Source: a phage
Direction: 5' to 3' (one strand)
DNA: 64,000 nucleotides
Sequence record: PX915678.1
A program made the translations under genes and the position numbers. Shown here one piece after another: positions 48,069-58,637 of this stretch (position 1 is its first letter; the number at the start of each line of letters is the position of its first letter). A model generated the notes under the pieces. The model saw nothing but the letters and a program-made list of their open reading frames with translations. It was not told the DNA's origin and did not search any database.

Positions 48069-48371
48069 CTTGCGGCAACCTTGTCGGGGTTCCACCTGCT
48101 AAGGCAAGTGTTTGTACGAAACGCCGGGATTCGAACCCGGTTATTAAGCAGTTGACGCTACTCAATATTTTTTAAAAGGCCATATCTCGACCATATCCGA
48201 ACGTTCCGTCAAAAACGCTACTCGGCTTACGGCAAAGATATTTCCTCGAATCGATAATTCGGTGCGCCGTTTCAGCTGTGATAGTAAAGAACCAGAACAC
48301 AGTAAAACTGTGGGAGGAACTATACTCCAGGGAGCATCAATCCGACGACTTACCGGTAGCGACCCGGTTTC
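48068..48371 (-). ncRNA. Candidate stable structured RNA(s) (T4 rnaC/rnaD-like position)
   Basis: About 300 nt with no credible minus-strand ORF, tRNA-like T-arm CCGGGUUCGAAUCCCGG, bounded by the tRNA cluster side and a terminator. Confidence 0.3.
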
Positions 48372-48722
48372 TTAATATTCTTTTAAAGCATCAATCTGTT
48401 CACGGCGTTTACGCCATAAATCAATTGCTTCATACGCAGATTCAGCATTTCGAATTAGTCGGCATTTGTGTAAAGACTTGTGATTTTGATATTGTGTAGA
48501 TAACGAAATTTTATCTAAAAGGTCTTTACGTTCAAAGTATTCGTAACCATCTAAGCCAAATGAACGATTTTTGAGAAATTGCCAATGACCATATTCGTTT
48601 TCGACATAAACATAATCCGCGTGTTGATAAAGCAAATTAATTACACGTTCAGAAATAACAGTGTCATTGTGATTAAAATAGAATGTTAAATCATGAACTA
48701 CTAAATAAACATTACCTTTCAT
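48372..48722 (-). CDS. Hypothetical protein
   Basis: 116-aa ORF; SD GTGAGGAAAAT before ATG; starts 17 nt downstream of tRNA-Arg. Confidence 0.5.
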   Translation of the reverse strand: MKGNVYLVVHDLTFYFNHNDTVISERVINLLYQHADYVYVENEYGHWQFLKNRSFGLDGYEYFERKDLLDKISLSTQYQNHKSLHKCRLIRNAESAYEAIDLWRKRREQIDALKEY

Positions 48723-48738
48723 ATTTTCCTCACTTAAT

Positions 48739-48814
48739 TGGTCGAGGCAGTAGGGATCGAACCTACGACCTAGGACTTAGAAGGTCCTTGCTCTTCCTTC
48801 TGAGCTATGCCTCG
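48739..48814 (-). tRNA. tRNA-Arg (anticodon UCU)
   Basis: Hand-folded cloverleaf; acceptor CGAGGCA/UGCCUCG; anticodon loop CUUCUAA; encoded CCA. Confidence 0.8.
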
Positions 48815-48818
48815 TATT

Positions 48819-48893
48819 TGGCGGACGTGATAGGATTCGAACCTATAACCAATCGCTTAACAGGCGATCGCTCTGCCATTGAGCTACACATCC
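48819..48893 (-). tRNA. tRNA-Asn (anticodon GUU)
   Basis: Acceptor GGAUGUG/CACGUCC; anticodon stem AUCGC/GCGAU with loop CUGUUAA; T-loop UUCGAAU; encoded CCA. Confidence 0.75.
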
Positions 48894-48897
48894 AAAT

Positions 48898-48984
48898 TGG
48901 TGGGGAGTGATGGAGTCGAACCACCCGAGTCGCAATGACAATGAATTTACAGTCCACACCGCTACCTCTACGGGATAACTCCCC
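48898..48984 (-). tRNA. tRNA-Tyr (anticodon GUA), class II with long variable arm
   Basis: Acceptor GGGGAGU/ACUCCCC; loop CUGUAAA on a stem with two G-U pairs; variable arm UGUCAUUGCGACUCG; encoded CCA. Confidence 0.6.
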
Positions 48985-48997
48985 TTAATTCTTAATT

Positions 48998-49072
48998 TGG
49001 TGGCCCTGGGTGGAATTGAACCACCATCTGGCGATTATGAGTCGCTTGCTTGAACCTTCCAGCTACAGGGCC
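48998..49072 (-). tRNA. tRNA with CAU anticodon (Ile2-type if lysidine-modified, otherwise Met)
   Basis: Acceptor GGCCCUG/CAGGGCC; anticodon loop CUCAUAA; encoded CCA. Confidence 0.7.
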
Positions 49073-49073
49073 T

Positions 49074-49149
49074 TGGTGCTGATTGACGGAATCGAACCGC
49101 CGACCTTCTCATTACAAGTGAGTTGCTCTACCTACTGAGCTAAATCAGC
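49074..49149 (-). tRNA. tRNA-Thr (anticodon UGU)
   Basis: Acceptor GCUGAUU/AAUCAGC; anticodon loop CUUGUAA; encoded CCA. Confidence 0.8.
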
Positions 49150-49154
49150 AAAAC

Positions 49155-49244
49155 TGGCGGAGGCGATAGGATTTGAACCTATGAGTCGCCGGAGCGACTG
49201 CCGGTTTTCAAGACCGGTGCATTAAACCACTCTGCCACGCCTCC
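49155..49244 (-). tRNA. tRNA-Ser (anticodon UGA), class II
   Basis: Acceptor GGAGGCG/CGCCUCC; anticodon stem CCGGU/ACCGG with loop CUUGAAA; long variable arm; encoded CCA. Confidence 0.8.
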
Positions 49245-49246
49245 AG

Positions 49247-49320
49247 TCTCCATACAAGGATTTGAACCTTGGACCTCCTGATCCCAAATCAGGCGCTCTA
49301 CCAAACTGAGCTACACGGAG
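49247..49320 (-). tRNA. tRNA-Pro (anticodon UGG), CCA not encoded
   Basis: Acceptor CUCCGUG/UAUGGAG; anticodon loop UUUGGGA; 3' end runs A-C-U straight into tRNA-Ser. Confidence 0.75.
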
Positions 49321-49330
49321 TAAATTAAAT

Positions 49331-49404
<74 letters not shown>

Positions 49405-49409
49405 AAATT

Positions 49410-49496
49410 TGGTGCGAGAAGTGGGACTCGAACCCACAAGGAAATCATTCCGCAGCATTTTAAGTGCTGTGCCTTTACCAATTTGACCATTCTCGC
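49410..49496 (-). tRNA. tRNA-Leu (anticodon UAA), class II
   Basis: Acceptor GCGAGAA/UUCUCGC; anticodon stem CAGCA/UGCUG with loop CUUAAAA; encoded CCA. Confidence 0.8.
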
Positions 49497-49497
49497 G

Positions 49498-49570
49498 CTG
49501 GGAATAAAGGACTCGAACCTTTGCATCTAGCAGTCAAAGTGCTATGCCTTACCAACTTGGCTAATTCCCA
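49498..49570 (-). tRNA. tRNA-Gln (anticodon UUG), CCA not encoded
   Basis: Acceptor UGGGAAU/AUUCCCA; anticodon stem UAGCA/UGCUA with loop CUUUGAC; 3' end G-C then tRNA-Leu. Confidence 0.75.
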
Positions 49571-49656
49571 ATTATTAACAAAGGCTCTCAAACAAGAACC
49601 CTTGATGATAGAGGGTATTAATCAGTGCGATATGAGTTAATAATAACAAATAATTC

Positions 49657-50172
49657 TTAAAGCAAATTAAACATTTTAACGGTCGGCAAAACAATTTCTT
49701 CTTCGATATAAGCAAATTCTACATGTTCAACTACACGCAAGAAATCATATTCATAGTATTCAGAAGCATGACCAAGAATATCAATGAGGCCTTCAGATAT
49801 CTTATTACCATTCACAAAGAATAAGTCAAATACACGTTCTTCATCTTCTTCGGATTTATTACCAAGGTCAACTTCTATATCAAAAACTTTTTTAATGAAT
49901 TCTGGATAAAGTTGGTCTGAGAACAGTCCTTCAACCAAATATTCATATATAAAAAGCTCCTGCTCGCTGAACAAACCATTACCACAATAACGGTCAGCTT
50001 TAGTGCTAGAATGACGACTCTTAAACTTCTTCAAGAGATATTTAAATTGCTGGAGCTCATGCTCTTCTACACCAAATAGTGTTTTGGTTTTATAGTTGTC
50101 ACCATCATTTTCATAGGTAGTGACATCAATTACGTAGCCCTTAGGAATTGTGCTGCCTAAACGAATATACAT
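49657..50172 (-). CDS. Hypothetical protein
   Basis: 171-aa ORF upstream of the tRNA cluster. Confidence 0.5.
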   Translation of the reverse strand: MYIRLGSTIPKGYVIDVTTYENDGDNYKTKTLFGVEEHELQQFKYLLKKFKSRHSSTKADRYCGNGLFSEQELFIYEYLVEGLFSDQLYPEFIKKVFDIEVDLGNKSEEDEERVFDLFFVNGNKISEGLIDILGHASEYYEYDFLRVVEHVEFAYIEEEIVLPTVKMFNLL

Positions 50173-50468
50173 TTGCTCACCATATTAATGTAAGTATATT
50201 TAATACATTCAAGATCCAAAGGATTCTTGAAAATATCATATTCAAGAGGACCTTTTTCTGTTTCAATAAAGAAATCAAAATTTACTGTATTAAATTTACG
50301 GTCTTCCTTTACTAATTTAACTTGAGAAGATGAACGGTCAATGTAAACCTTTTCAACTTCAAAATATGTTAAAATACCATAATCATCAATCAAGGATTTA
50401 GCTGCTTCTTGATCATATTTATATCCATTTTCAATGGATGATACTTTCGCATAAAGAATCATTATCAA
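50157..50468 (-). CDS. Hypothetical protein
   Basis: 103-aa ORF. Confidence 0.5.
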   Translation of the reverse strand: MIMILYAKVSSIENGYKYDQEAAKSLIDDYGILTYFEVEKVYIDRSSSQVKLVKEDRKFNTVNFDFFIETEKGPLEYDIFKNPLDLECIKYTYINMVSKCIFV

Positions 50469-50854
50469 CCTTCATCAACAATAGTGTGCGTATTGGCATT
50501 AACTATTTGCCACCAATCAAAGCGATTAGAACCATACATCGGTTTGTTTTCATTTTCTTTGATAATGTCACGGAGTTCATCTTCGGTAGCGGCTTTCGCT
50601 ATTAAATCAGCATATCCACCACGAGGATAATAATTATCACCTGCAAAAAGTAAAAAGTTTGGTTTAATGTTATTGAACTCTTCAAGAGTAATAACTTTTC
50701 CTGACGGTTGAACAATCTCTACATATTTATATCCCAATTTTTGAGCAGCATCTACTGCTTCAAGCAAAGTATCATGAGCCCATCCAATTTGACAACCTGG
50801 CTTTTCAGATGGATTAGCCTGATAATCCGCATACACTTTATACATTCTATTCAC
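50465..50854 (-). CDS. Hypothetical protein
   Basis: 129-aa ORF; ATGA overlap. Confidence 0.5.
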   Translation of the reverse strand: MNRMYKVYADYQANPSEKPGCQIGWAHDTLLEAVDAAQKLGYKYVEIVQPSGKVITLEEFNNIKPNFLLFAGDNYYPRGGYADLIAKAATEDELRDIIKENENKPMYGSNRFDWWQIVNANTHTIVDEG

Positions 50855-51032
50855 CTTTAGAAATTTTATCCATAACGATAGCGATTAAACCAATTAAAAA
50901 TGCTACTACAAGTGAAAACACATTTTCTGCTGTAGTTAATAATCCGCATATAAATCCAACAAACATTGAAAAACTAAAAGCGGAAGCAGAAATTGCAATA
51001 GCAACATTTCGAATTAATTCACAACGTTTCAT
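50847..51032 (-). CDS. Small membrane protein
   Basis: 61-aa ORF with two hydrophobic helices; after early promoter at 51055. Confidence 0.45.
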   Translation of the reverse strand: MKRCELIRNVAIAISASAFSFSMFVGFICGLLTTAENVFSLVVAFLIGLIAIVMDKISKGE

Positions 51033-51054
51033 TTTATTCTCCTCAGTAGTTGAT

Positions 51055-51092
51055 AGGGTAATAGTATCACAACTAAAACCCTATGTAAACAA
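51055..51092 (-). promoter_or_regulatory. T4 early promoter
   Basis: Minus strand GTTTACAUAGGG..., TGATACTATTA; shares a 30-nt upstream block with the promoter at 51385. Confidence 0.6.
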
Positions 51093-51102
51093 CTTTGTGA
51101 AA

Positions 51103-51360
51103 TTATTTTAAATCTTCTAATCGTTTCTTCATCTTAGAACCGTTCTTAGCGATTTCGCCTGCATCTGAGCATAATGCTAAAAGTGCTTTAACTTTAGTTT
51201 GGTCTCCTTTAAAAGATGAAGGATCGACTGCAGCAGCAAGTTCTTTAATACGAGAGAAAAGACGCTCAGCTTCAGCTAAAGCCATTCCAAGCTTTACTTC
51301 CATACCGTGGGAAGATTCAGTGATAGTAGTTTTTGTAGCAAACTCTTTGAAAGTTTTCAT
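51103..51360 (-). CDS. Internal protein I-like small protein (candidate injected anti-restriction protein)
   Basis: 85-aa ORF starting MKTFKEFATK (CTS-like) at the T4 ipI position between tRNAs and 57B. Confidence 0.5.
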   Translation of the reverse strand: MKTFKEFATKTTITESSHGMEVKLGMALAEAERLFSRIKELAAAVDPSSFKGDQTKVKALLALCSDAGEIAKNGSKMKKRLEDLK

Positions 51361-51384
51361 TTTATTTTCCTAATTAATTTTGAT

Positions 51385-51422
51385 GAGATAATAGTATCAC
51401 TACCTCATCAGCATGTAAACAA
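51385..51422 (-). promoter_or_regulatory. T4 early promoter
   Basis: Minus strand GTTTACATGCTGATGAGGTAGTGATACTATTA. Confidence 0.6.
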
Positions 51423-51432
51423 CTTTGTGAAA

Positions 51433-52129
<697 letters not shown>

Positions 52130-52130
<1 letters not shown>

Positions 52131-52843
52131 TATAGTACCTTTAGTGTATTTTCAATTTTAGAAAAAAGTTCTTCAAGAGAACCATCGTTTGTAATTACTA
52201 AATCGCCATCACGAATTGGCAATCCAGCTTCTGTAATATGTGTATCATTGGATTTTTGACCAGGACGAACTACATGAATTACTGTAGCACCCATCGCCCT
52301 AGCCGCATCCATTTCATGATCTTGACGAGTATCAGGAACGATATAGTAATCATAACCTGAGTTAAATTTATCAAGATAATCTAAAGCAAATAATTTTACC
52401 CAATACATGCGGTCGAAGTTATTAACAATCAAATCCGTACCTAGGGCTTGCATCAGACGACGGACTGACCATTGATCTTCAATATTATTTATAACGTCAG
52501 CAATCTTGTTAAATGCTACGAAATTAACTGCGTCATCAAAAACAAACACGCCTTTAATTGGGCTTTTACTATTAAGATAGCAAAATGCTTGTTCCATAAT
52601 CGTAATTACTTCTAATTTAGTCAGATTTAAATTAGTCTCACGATCATAGTCAATTCCTTCAAACTCTTTACGAGTTAAGCAAGGATAGTCAGTGCTTGCT
52701 GCAAATACACCCCATGCATAAGCCAATGCATCTTTAATAGGACCAGCAAGTTGATATTTAACTGCAGAATAATTTTCCATGATAAAATCTGCAGTAGTAT
52801 CTTTTCCACTACGCTTTACACCACTTAAAAAGATTAGTTTCAT
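52130..52843 (-). CDS. 1: dNMP kinase gp1
   Basis: 237-aa ORF; P-loop SGVKRSGKDT. Confidence 0.9.
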
Positions 52844-52892
52844 ATGTTTCTCCTCAAATTTAGTTAAGATTATAACACATGAAACTGAAGCA

Positions 52893-53423
52893 TTAAACTT
52901 CTGCTATAATTTTGCCATCTTTTTCTACTTGAAAATACGTATAAGGAATCGTTGCTGTGCATACTAAGGCTGGGTCTGAATCTTCCGTGTAGCTAAATTC
53001 TACTTCAGAGAGGTCAGAAACCCAAGGCTTATAAAAATTTATTGACATCACGATTTCAGTTTTACTATTATCTAAAATGTAAAGCGTAATGTATTCAGGA
53101 CCTGTTTTTTGGGCAGTATTTTCGCCTGTAAGATAGTTACTAGTTCCTAGCATCCATTCATACATTCCTATCCATGACTTAAGCTCTTCATCAACTATAA
53201 ATCTCACGATGAGTGGATCATACTCAAATGTAACTCCTGGACGCTGTGCTCGGCCTAGTCCAAACGGCCCAGTCACGGTATCAGTAACAGGTATCCTAAT
53301 TCCTGGAATAGGAACTGACTGAGCATTTAAAGTAAAAGCAGATGTAGTATTACTATGTGGTATTGATACTACAAAGTTAGTTGTATTTGCTTGGTTAAAA
53401 ATTTGTTGTAGTGCTTGCGACAT
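52893..53423 (-). CDS. 3: Tail tube terminator protein gp3
   Basis: 176 aa from MSQALQQIFNQ (SD GAGGAA); track ORF extends 27 codons upstream. Confidence 0.85.
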   Translation of the reverse strand: MSQALQQIFNQANTTNFVVSIPHSNTTSAFTLNAQSVPIPGIRIPVTDTVTGPFGLGRAQRPGVTFEYDPLIVRFIVDEELKSWIGMYEWMLGTSNYLTGENTAQKTGPEYITLYILDNSKTEIVMSINFYKPWVSDLSEVEFSYTEDSDPALVCTATIPYTYFQVEKDGKIIAEV

Positions 53424-53529
53424 ATATTCCTCATAATGCTTCATAAATGTTGGTGGTATAATGGGTCTAAGTCCCTTCCATTCAATTCCAATTAGAACAA
53501 ACAATAGAAAAGAATGGAAGATAATAGAA

Positions 53530-54204
53530 TTAATTTATTAGACTTCTTAAACGAGCAGAAGTCATAAATGGAAATTTTTCTAAAGTTGGCTTTCGCCAAT
53601 ATCTTGGATGACAAGTTGATTTAAAATCAAGAACAATTTTCTTTGCTTCATCAATAGTGTTAACTCCAAAGTTATCTAACATTATTTTCTTTTCTTTTTC
53701 CCACCGTTTATTAGCTAAAGCAGATTGAAGCTTTTTGTTTTTAAATGTGTCATTTTTTCTAGAATGAGTTGTGCCTTGTGTCGGACTCCATCCTCTTCCT
53801 AAAATAAATCCCTCAGGAATTATATCTCCATCATGTAATTTTATACATCTTTTACCATTATTATAATATTTTCGTCCAGTTTGTGTATTTGAAATATTAT
53901 TTGCATGTTTTCTTTTTAACCAACCATAAACTTTATTATTTCTCCTAACATATTTAGTTGAAACCGTCATTTTTATGGCTGCATAAGATAATTTTAAAGA
54001 ATTTGGGTGTATTTTTACTAATAGCTGATGTGCAACATAATGCTCTTCTGGAGTTAAATCAACCAAGTTAGAAGCATCATTACTACCGCCTAAACATTTC
54101 GGAATAATATGATGTCTTTCTTTATATCCAGTAAGGGCTCTATTGCGAGCCCTATCAATTAGTGAATTATAAATTTTTTCATAATTCATCGTACATTGCT
54201 CCAA
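53530..54204 (-). mobile_element. HNH homing endonuclease gene inserted between genes 2 and 3
   Basis: 224-aa ORF with HNH motif ERHHIIPKCLGGSNDASNLVDLTPEEHYVAH; start overlaps the gp2 3' end. Confidence 0.8.
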
Positions 54205-55013
54205 ACTTTGTTTGCAGAGAAACGTTTTCCTTTGGAGTAGAAGCTTTGGAGTGGCATTAACACAACGTTCGCCCAGTCTTTCGGGGCGATTTCAACAAGG
54301 CTACCCATAATATTACCAGGTATATATGCCTTAATCATTTGGTCTGCACCCCTAAATCCTTTCACTTGACTCCAATCAATTTTTAATTTCGTTTTATTAG
54401 TAATAGTAGGTGTATTTGAATATTGCTTTAAAAGCTCTTCTAGAAATTGCTGACGAGCTTTAGGTGGAATATAGTGCAAGTTCAATCCGTACATTAAATT
54501 ATGTTTACCTAAACCAAGGTAAATTATCAAAGGAAATTTATCCCAGTAAGGAAGAGTTTCCTTGTGTTTAGCATCATAAGCAAAAGCATATATTCGTCCC
54601 GGCTGCGGGCGAACAACTTTATGTCCTTTTACTTGTTTAATAGTTTCAGCAAACCACTTTTTGGTTTTATTATTAATTGCTGCACCTTCATTACGAATTT
54701 TATCACGCAATGTTTGCCTGAATGAATTTATCATAAGCAGTTGTCTTTCTTGCTTATTGAGTTTATTCATTGGTTTTGATTCAAGCTTTTGAATCTTTTC
54801 AGCTGTTTTAATTCCTGAAGAATATTTTGACATTGCTGAAGTAAACGTAGAGTATTTGATTCCTCTTTCTTCAGCAAATTGCTTTCCTGTCATTCCTTTT
54901 GCTTTGGCCTTTTTGTATTCAAGACCTATCTGAATCCATTTCTTTTCGTTTAATGATTGCTTAACCTTTGGAACTTGGGGAGTGCTTTCATTAATTATTT
55001 GAAAAATAGCCAT
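54186..55013 (-). CDS. 2: DNA end protector protein gp2
   Basis: 275-aa ORF; position and length as T4 gp2. Confidence 0.85.
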   Translation of the reverse strand: MAIFQIINESTPQVPKVKQSLNEKKWIQIGLEYKKAKAKGMTGKQFAEERGIKYSTFTSAMSKYSSGIKTAEKIQKLESKPMNKLNKQERQLLMINSFRQTLRDKIRNEGAAINNKTKKWFAETIKQVKGHKVVRPQPGRIYAFAYDAKHKETLPYWDKFPLIIYLGLGKHNLMYGLNLHYIPPKARQQFLEELLKQYSNTPTITNKTKLKIDWSQVKGFRGADQMIKAYIPGNIMGSLVEIAPKDWANVVLMPLQSFYSKGKRFSANKVWSNVR

Positions 55014-55465
55014 TATGCCCCCTTAAAGCCAAGAGCTCGTAATCCATCTTCTGTTAGAATTCTAAATTTTATTCCACGCTTTTCAGCTAAAGCTTGCGCT
55101 GCTTTCCATTTGTCAGTATTAACGGAATATGTATAAATTTCATTCATAAATCTTTTCTTCGCTGCAGTTGTTAGATGTGCCGGTTTAACTGGTGGTTGTG
55201 TTTCTTTTTTAGGTTTTATTTCAATAAAAAATTCTTGTCCAGAAGAATCTTTCATCCAAATATCCATGAAGTATCTACGTTTTTTCCCTTCTGCATTACA
55301 AAAATAAGGAATTACTGCTGTTTCACTACCCCATGCAATAATTTCTGGATTTTTATCTAACCATTCAAAAAAGAATTTTTCCCAATTTGATCTATACGTA
55401 ATTTTTTTAGGGTCACCTCTATATTTTGATATATTTTTAGGAACCCATTTTCCAGAATATGCCAT
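55013..55465 (-). CDS. 4: Head completion protein gp4
   Basis: 150-aa ORF; divergent from 53; late promoter upstream. Confidence 0.85.
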   Translation of the reverse strand: MAYSGKWVPKNISKYRGDPKKITYRSNWEKFFFEWLDKNPEIIAWGSETAVIPYFCNAEGKKRRYFMDIWMKDSSGQEFFIEIKPKKETQPPVKPAHLTTAAKKRFMNEIYTYSVNTDKWKAAQALAEKRGIKFRILTEDGLRALGFKGA

Positions 55466-55476
55466 TGGATTCTCCT

Positions 55477-55484
55477 TATAAATA
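55477..55484 (+). promoter_or_regulatory. Late promoter (TATAAATA) for gene 53 operon
   Basis: Exact plus-strand TATAAATA 29 nt before ATG 55513. Confidence 0.65.
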
Positions 55485-55491
55485 GATAATA

Positions 55492-55499
55492 TATTTATA
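55492..55499 (-). promoter_or_regulatory. Late promoter (TATAAATA) for gene 4
   Basis: Exact minus-strand TATAAATA about 27 nt before ATG 55465. Confidence 0.65.
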
Positions 55500-55512
55500 A
55501 ACAGGAGGGCCC

Positions 55513-56103
55513 ATGCTCTTTACATTTTTTGATCCGATTGAATATGCGGCCAAAACGGTGAATAAAAACGCGCCGACTATTCCTATGACAGATATTTTTA
55601 GAAACTATAAAGACTATTTCAAACGTGCTCTTGCGGGATACCGCTTACGTACTTATTATATTAAAGGTTCACCACGCCCGGAAGAATTAGCAAATGCTAT
55701 ATATGGAAATCCGCAGTTGTATTGGGTTTTATTGATGTGTAATGATAATTATGATCCGTATTATGGATGGATTACTTCGCAAGAAGCTGCTTATCAAGCA
55801 TCTATACAAAAATACAAAAACGTAGGTGGAGACCAAATAGTATATCATGTGAATGAGAATGGTGAAAAATTTTATAATTTAGTATCATATGATGATAATC
55901 CATATGTTTGGTATGACAAAGGCGATAAAGCTAGAAAATATCCTCAATATGAAGGAGCACTTGCTGCGGTCGATACGTATGAAGCTGCTGTTCTTGAAAA
56001 TGAAAAACTTCGTCAAATAAAAATAATAGCAAAATCAGACATCAATTCATTTATGAACGACCTTATACGTATAATGGAGAAATCTTATGGAAATGATAAG
56101 TAA
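55513..56103 (+). CDS. 53: Baseplate wedge protein gp53
   Basis: 196-aa ORF; SD GGAGG. Confidence 0.9.
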   Translation: MLFTFFDPIEYAAKTVNKNAPTIPMTDIFRNYKDYFKRALAGYRLRTYYIKGSPRPEELANAIYGNPQLYWVLLMCNDNYDPYYGWITSQEAAYQASIQKYKNVGGDQIVYHVNENGEKFYNLVSYDDNPYVWYDKGDKARKYPQYEGALAAVDTYEAAVLENEKLRQIKIIAKSDINSFMNDLIRIMEKSYGNDK

Positions 56104-57814
56104 TAACCTTAATTGGTTTGTTGGTGTTGTTGAAGATAGAATGGACCCATTAAAATTAGGTCGTGTTCGTGTTCGTGTGGTTGGTCTGCATCCACCTCAA
56201 AGAGCACAAGGCGACGTAATGGGTATTCCAACTGATAAATTACCATGGATGTCAGTTATTCAACCTATAACTTCTGCAGCAATGTCTGGAATTGGAGGCT
56301 CCGTTACTGGTCCGGTAGAAGGAACTAGAGTTTATGGTCATTTTTTAGACAAATGGAAAACTAACGGAATTGTCCTTGGCACGTATGGTGGAATAGTTCG
56401 CGAAAAACCGAATAGACTTGAAGGATTTTCTGACCCGACTGGACAGTATCCTAGACGTCTAGGAAATGATACTAATGTATTAAACCAAGGCGGAGAAGTA
56501 GGATATGATTCGTCTTCTAATATTATCCAAGACAGTAATCTAGACACTGCGATAAATCCCGATGATAGACCGCTATCAGAGATTCCAACTGATGATAATC
56601 CAAATATGTCAATGGCTGAAATGCTTCGCCGTGATGAAGGATTAAGACTAAAAGTTTATTGGGATACTGAAGGATATCCGACAATTGGCATTGGTCATCT
56701 TATCATGAAGCAGCCAGTTCGTGATATGACTCAAATTAATAAAGTTTTATCAAAACAAGTTGGTCGTGAAATTACCGGAAATCCAGGTTCTATTACAATG
56801 GAAGAAGCGGTAACTTTATTTGAACGTGATTTGGCTGATATGCAACGTGACATTAAATCACATTCTAAAGTTGGCCCAGTTTGGCAAGCAGTTAATCGTT
56901 CTCGTCAAATGGCATTAGAAAATATGGCATTTCAGATGGGTGTTGGCGGTGTAGCTAAATTTAACACAATGTTAACTGCTATGTTAGCCGGAGATTGGGA
57001 AAAAGCATATAAAGCTGGTCGTGATTCATTGTGGTATCAACAAACAAAAGGCCGTGCATCCCGTGTTACCATGATTATTCTTACGGGTAATTTGGAATCA
57101 TACGGTATTGAAGTGAAAACACCGGCTAGGTCTTTGTCAGCAATGGCTGCTACTGTAGCAAAGTCTTCTGATCCAGCTGACCCTCCTATTCCAAATGATT
57201 CGAGAATTTTATTTAAAGAACCTGTTTCTTCATATAAAGGCGAATATCCGTATGTTCACACAATGGAAACTGAAAGCGGTCATATTCAGGAATTTGATGA
57301 TACCCCGGGGCAAGAACGATACAGATTAGTTCATCCGACTGGAACATACGAGGAAGTATCACCGTCAGGAAGAAGAACAAGAAAAACTGTTGATAATTTG
57401 TATGATATAACAAATGCTGATGGTAATTTTTTGGTAGCCGGCGATAAAAAGACTAACGTCGGTGGATCAGAAATTTATTACAACATGGATAATCGTCTCC
57501 ACCAAATAGATGGAAGCAATACAATATTTGTGCGTGGCGATGAAACTAAGACGGTTGAAGGTAATGGAACTATCCTAGTCAAAGGTAATGTTACTATTGT
57601 AGTTGAAGGTAATGCTGACATTACAGTTAAAGGAGATGCTACCACTTTAGTTGAAGGAAATCAGACTAATACAGTAAATGGAAATCTTTCTTGGAAAGTT
57701 GCTGGGACAGTTGATTGGGACGTTGGCGGTGATTGGACAGAAAAAATGGCATCTATGAGTTCTATTTCATCTGGTCAATACACAATTGATGGATCGAGGA
57801 TTGACATTGGCTAA
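56087..57814 (+). CDS. 5: Baseplate hub/cell-puncturing protein gp5 with lysozyme domain
   Basis: 575-aa ORF; internal lysozyme domain resembling gene e; C-terminal VxGxxxxx beta-helix repeats. Confidence 0.93.
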   Translation: MEMISNNLNWFVGVVEDRMDPLKLGRVRVRVVGLHPPQRAQGDVMGIPTDKLPWMSVIQPITSAAMSGIGGSVTGPVEGTRVYGHFLDKWKTNGIVLGTYGGIVREKPNRLEGFSDPTGQYPRRLGNDTNVLNQGGEVGYDSSSNIIQDSNLDTAINPDDRPLSEIPTDDNPNMSMAEMLRRDEGLRLKVYWDTEGYPTIGIGHLIMKQPVRDMTQINKVLSKQVGREITGNPGSITMEEAVTLFERDLADMQRDIKSHSKVGPVWQAVNRSRQMALENMAFQMGVGGVAKFNTMLTAMLAGDWEKAYKAGRDSLWYQQTKGRASRVTMIILTGNLESYGIEVKTPARSLSAMAATVAKSSDPADPPIPNDSRILFKEPVSSYKGEYPYVHTMETESGHIQEFDDTPGQERYRLVHPTGTYEEVSPSGRRTRKTVDNLYDITNADGNFLVAGDKKTNVGGSEIYYNMDNRLHQIDGSNTIFVRGDETKTVEGNGTILVKGNVTIVVEGNADITVKGDATTLVEGNQTNTVNGNLSWKVAGTVDWDVGGDWTEKMASMSSISSGQYTIDGSRIDIG

Positions 57815-57848
57815 TATACTTCCAATGAGCGCTGATTTAGGAGAATCC

Positions 57849-58343
57849 ATGGAAGGTTCTTCTATCGACGTCACCTTTACCGCTCAATTAGAAACAGGTG
57901 AAACGTTAGTATCTATAAATATAACTAGTTACGAAGAAACTCCTGGGGTTTTAGTAGAAGAAAATCGTTTATATGGAACGTATGAATCTGTGTTTGGATT
58001 TGGAAATGATGCGTTGAAATATCGTTTAGATAATGAATTTAAAACTGCTGCTTCATGGGAAGACCTTCCAACTGATTCTAATACTCAGTTATATTTATGG
58101 AAAGCTCCTCAGAACCTCCAGAAGACATTCACTTACGAAGTAACATTAATATATGACTACCAAGAACAAAGTGAATCTGGAGGTTCTGGCAGTAATTCTA
58201 GGTCATCTTCTGATACCACTGAACCAACTAATCCTCCAGCTCCAATAAGAAAAACTCTTGTTAAAAATTATACAAAAACTATAGTTGGAAATTGGAGTCG
58301 TTGGGCTAATAAATTGAGAAGCTACGTGTATGAGAGGCCATAA
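57849..58343 (+). CDS. 5.1: gp5.1-like protein
   Basis: 164 aa from ATG 57849 (SD AGGAGAATCC); track ORF starts at 57786 inside gene 5. Confidence 0.55.
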
Positions 58344-58637
58344 ATGTCAGGATTAAGTTATGATAAGTGTGTTACTGCCGGCCATGAAGCATGGCCTCCA
58401 ACAGTTGTGAATGCTACACAAAGTAAAGTATTCACTGGAGGAATTGCTGTTCTCGTAGCAGGCGATCCAATTACAGAACACACAGAAATTAAAAAGCCAT
58501 ATGAAACACATGGCGGAGTGACACAACCTAGAACTTCTAAGGTATATGTCACTGGAAAGAAAGCTGTTCAAATGGCTGATCCAATATCATGCGGTGATAC
58601 AGTGGCTCAGGCATCATCTAAAGTATTCATTAAATAG
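58344..58637 (+). CDS. 5.4: PAAR-repeat spike tip protein gp5.4
   Basis: 97-aa ORF after 5.1. Confidence 0.8.

Noticed and set aside
48105-48140. Possible eleventh tRNA suggested by the GGUUCGAAUCCCGG T-arm
   Set aside because: No acceptor stem or CCA could be paired with it; treated instead as part of a candidate stable RNA (low confidence).
48278-48499. 73-aa plus-strand ORF across the candidate stable RNA region
   Set aside because: Opposite to the direction of every neighbouring gene and signal, and overlaps the start of minus-strand ORF 48372-48722.
56580-57100. Second endolysin gene
   Set aside because: The lysozyme-like sequence is an internal domain of the continuous gp5 ORF, not a separate gene.
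58353-58571. Minus-strand ORFs inside gene 5.4 (also 62453-62812 and 63425-63631 inside gene 7)
   Set aside because: Antisense to late structural genes whose plus-strand frames are long and syntenic; no promoter or SD.
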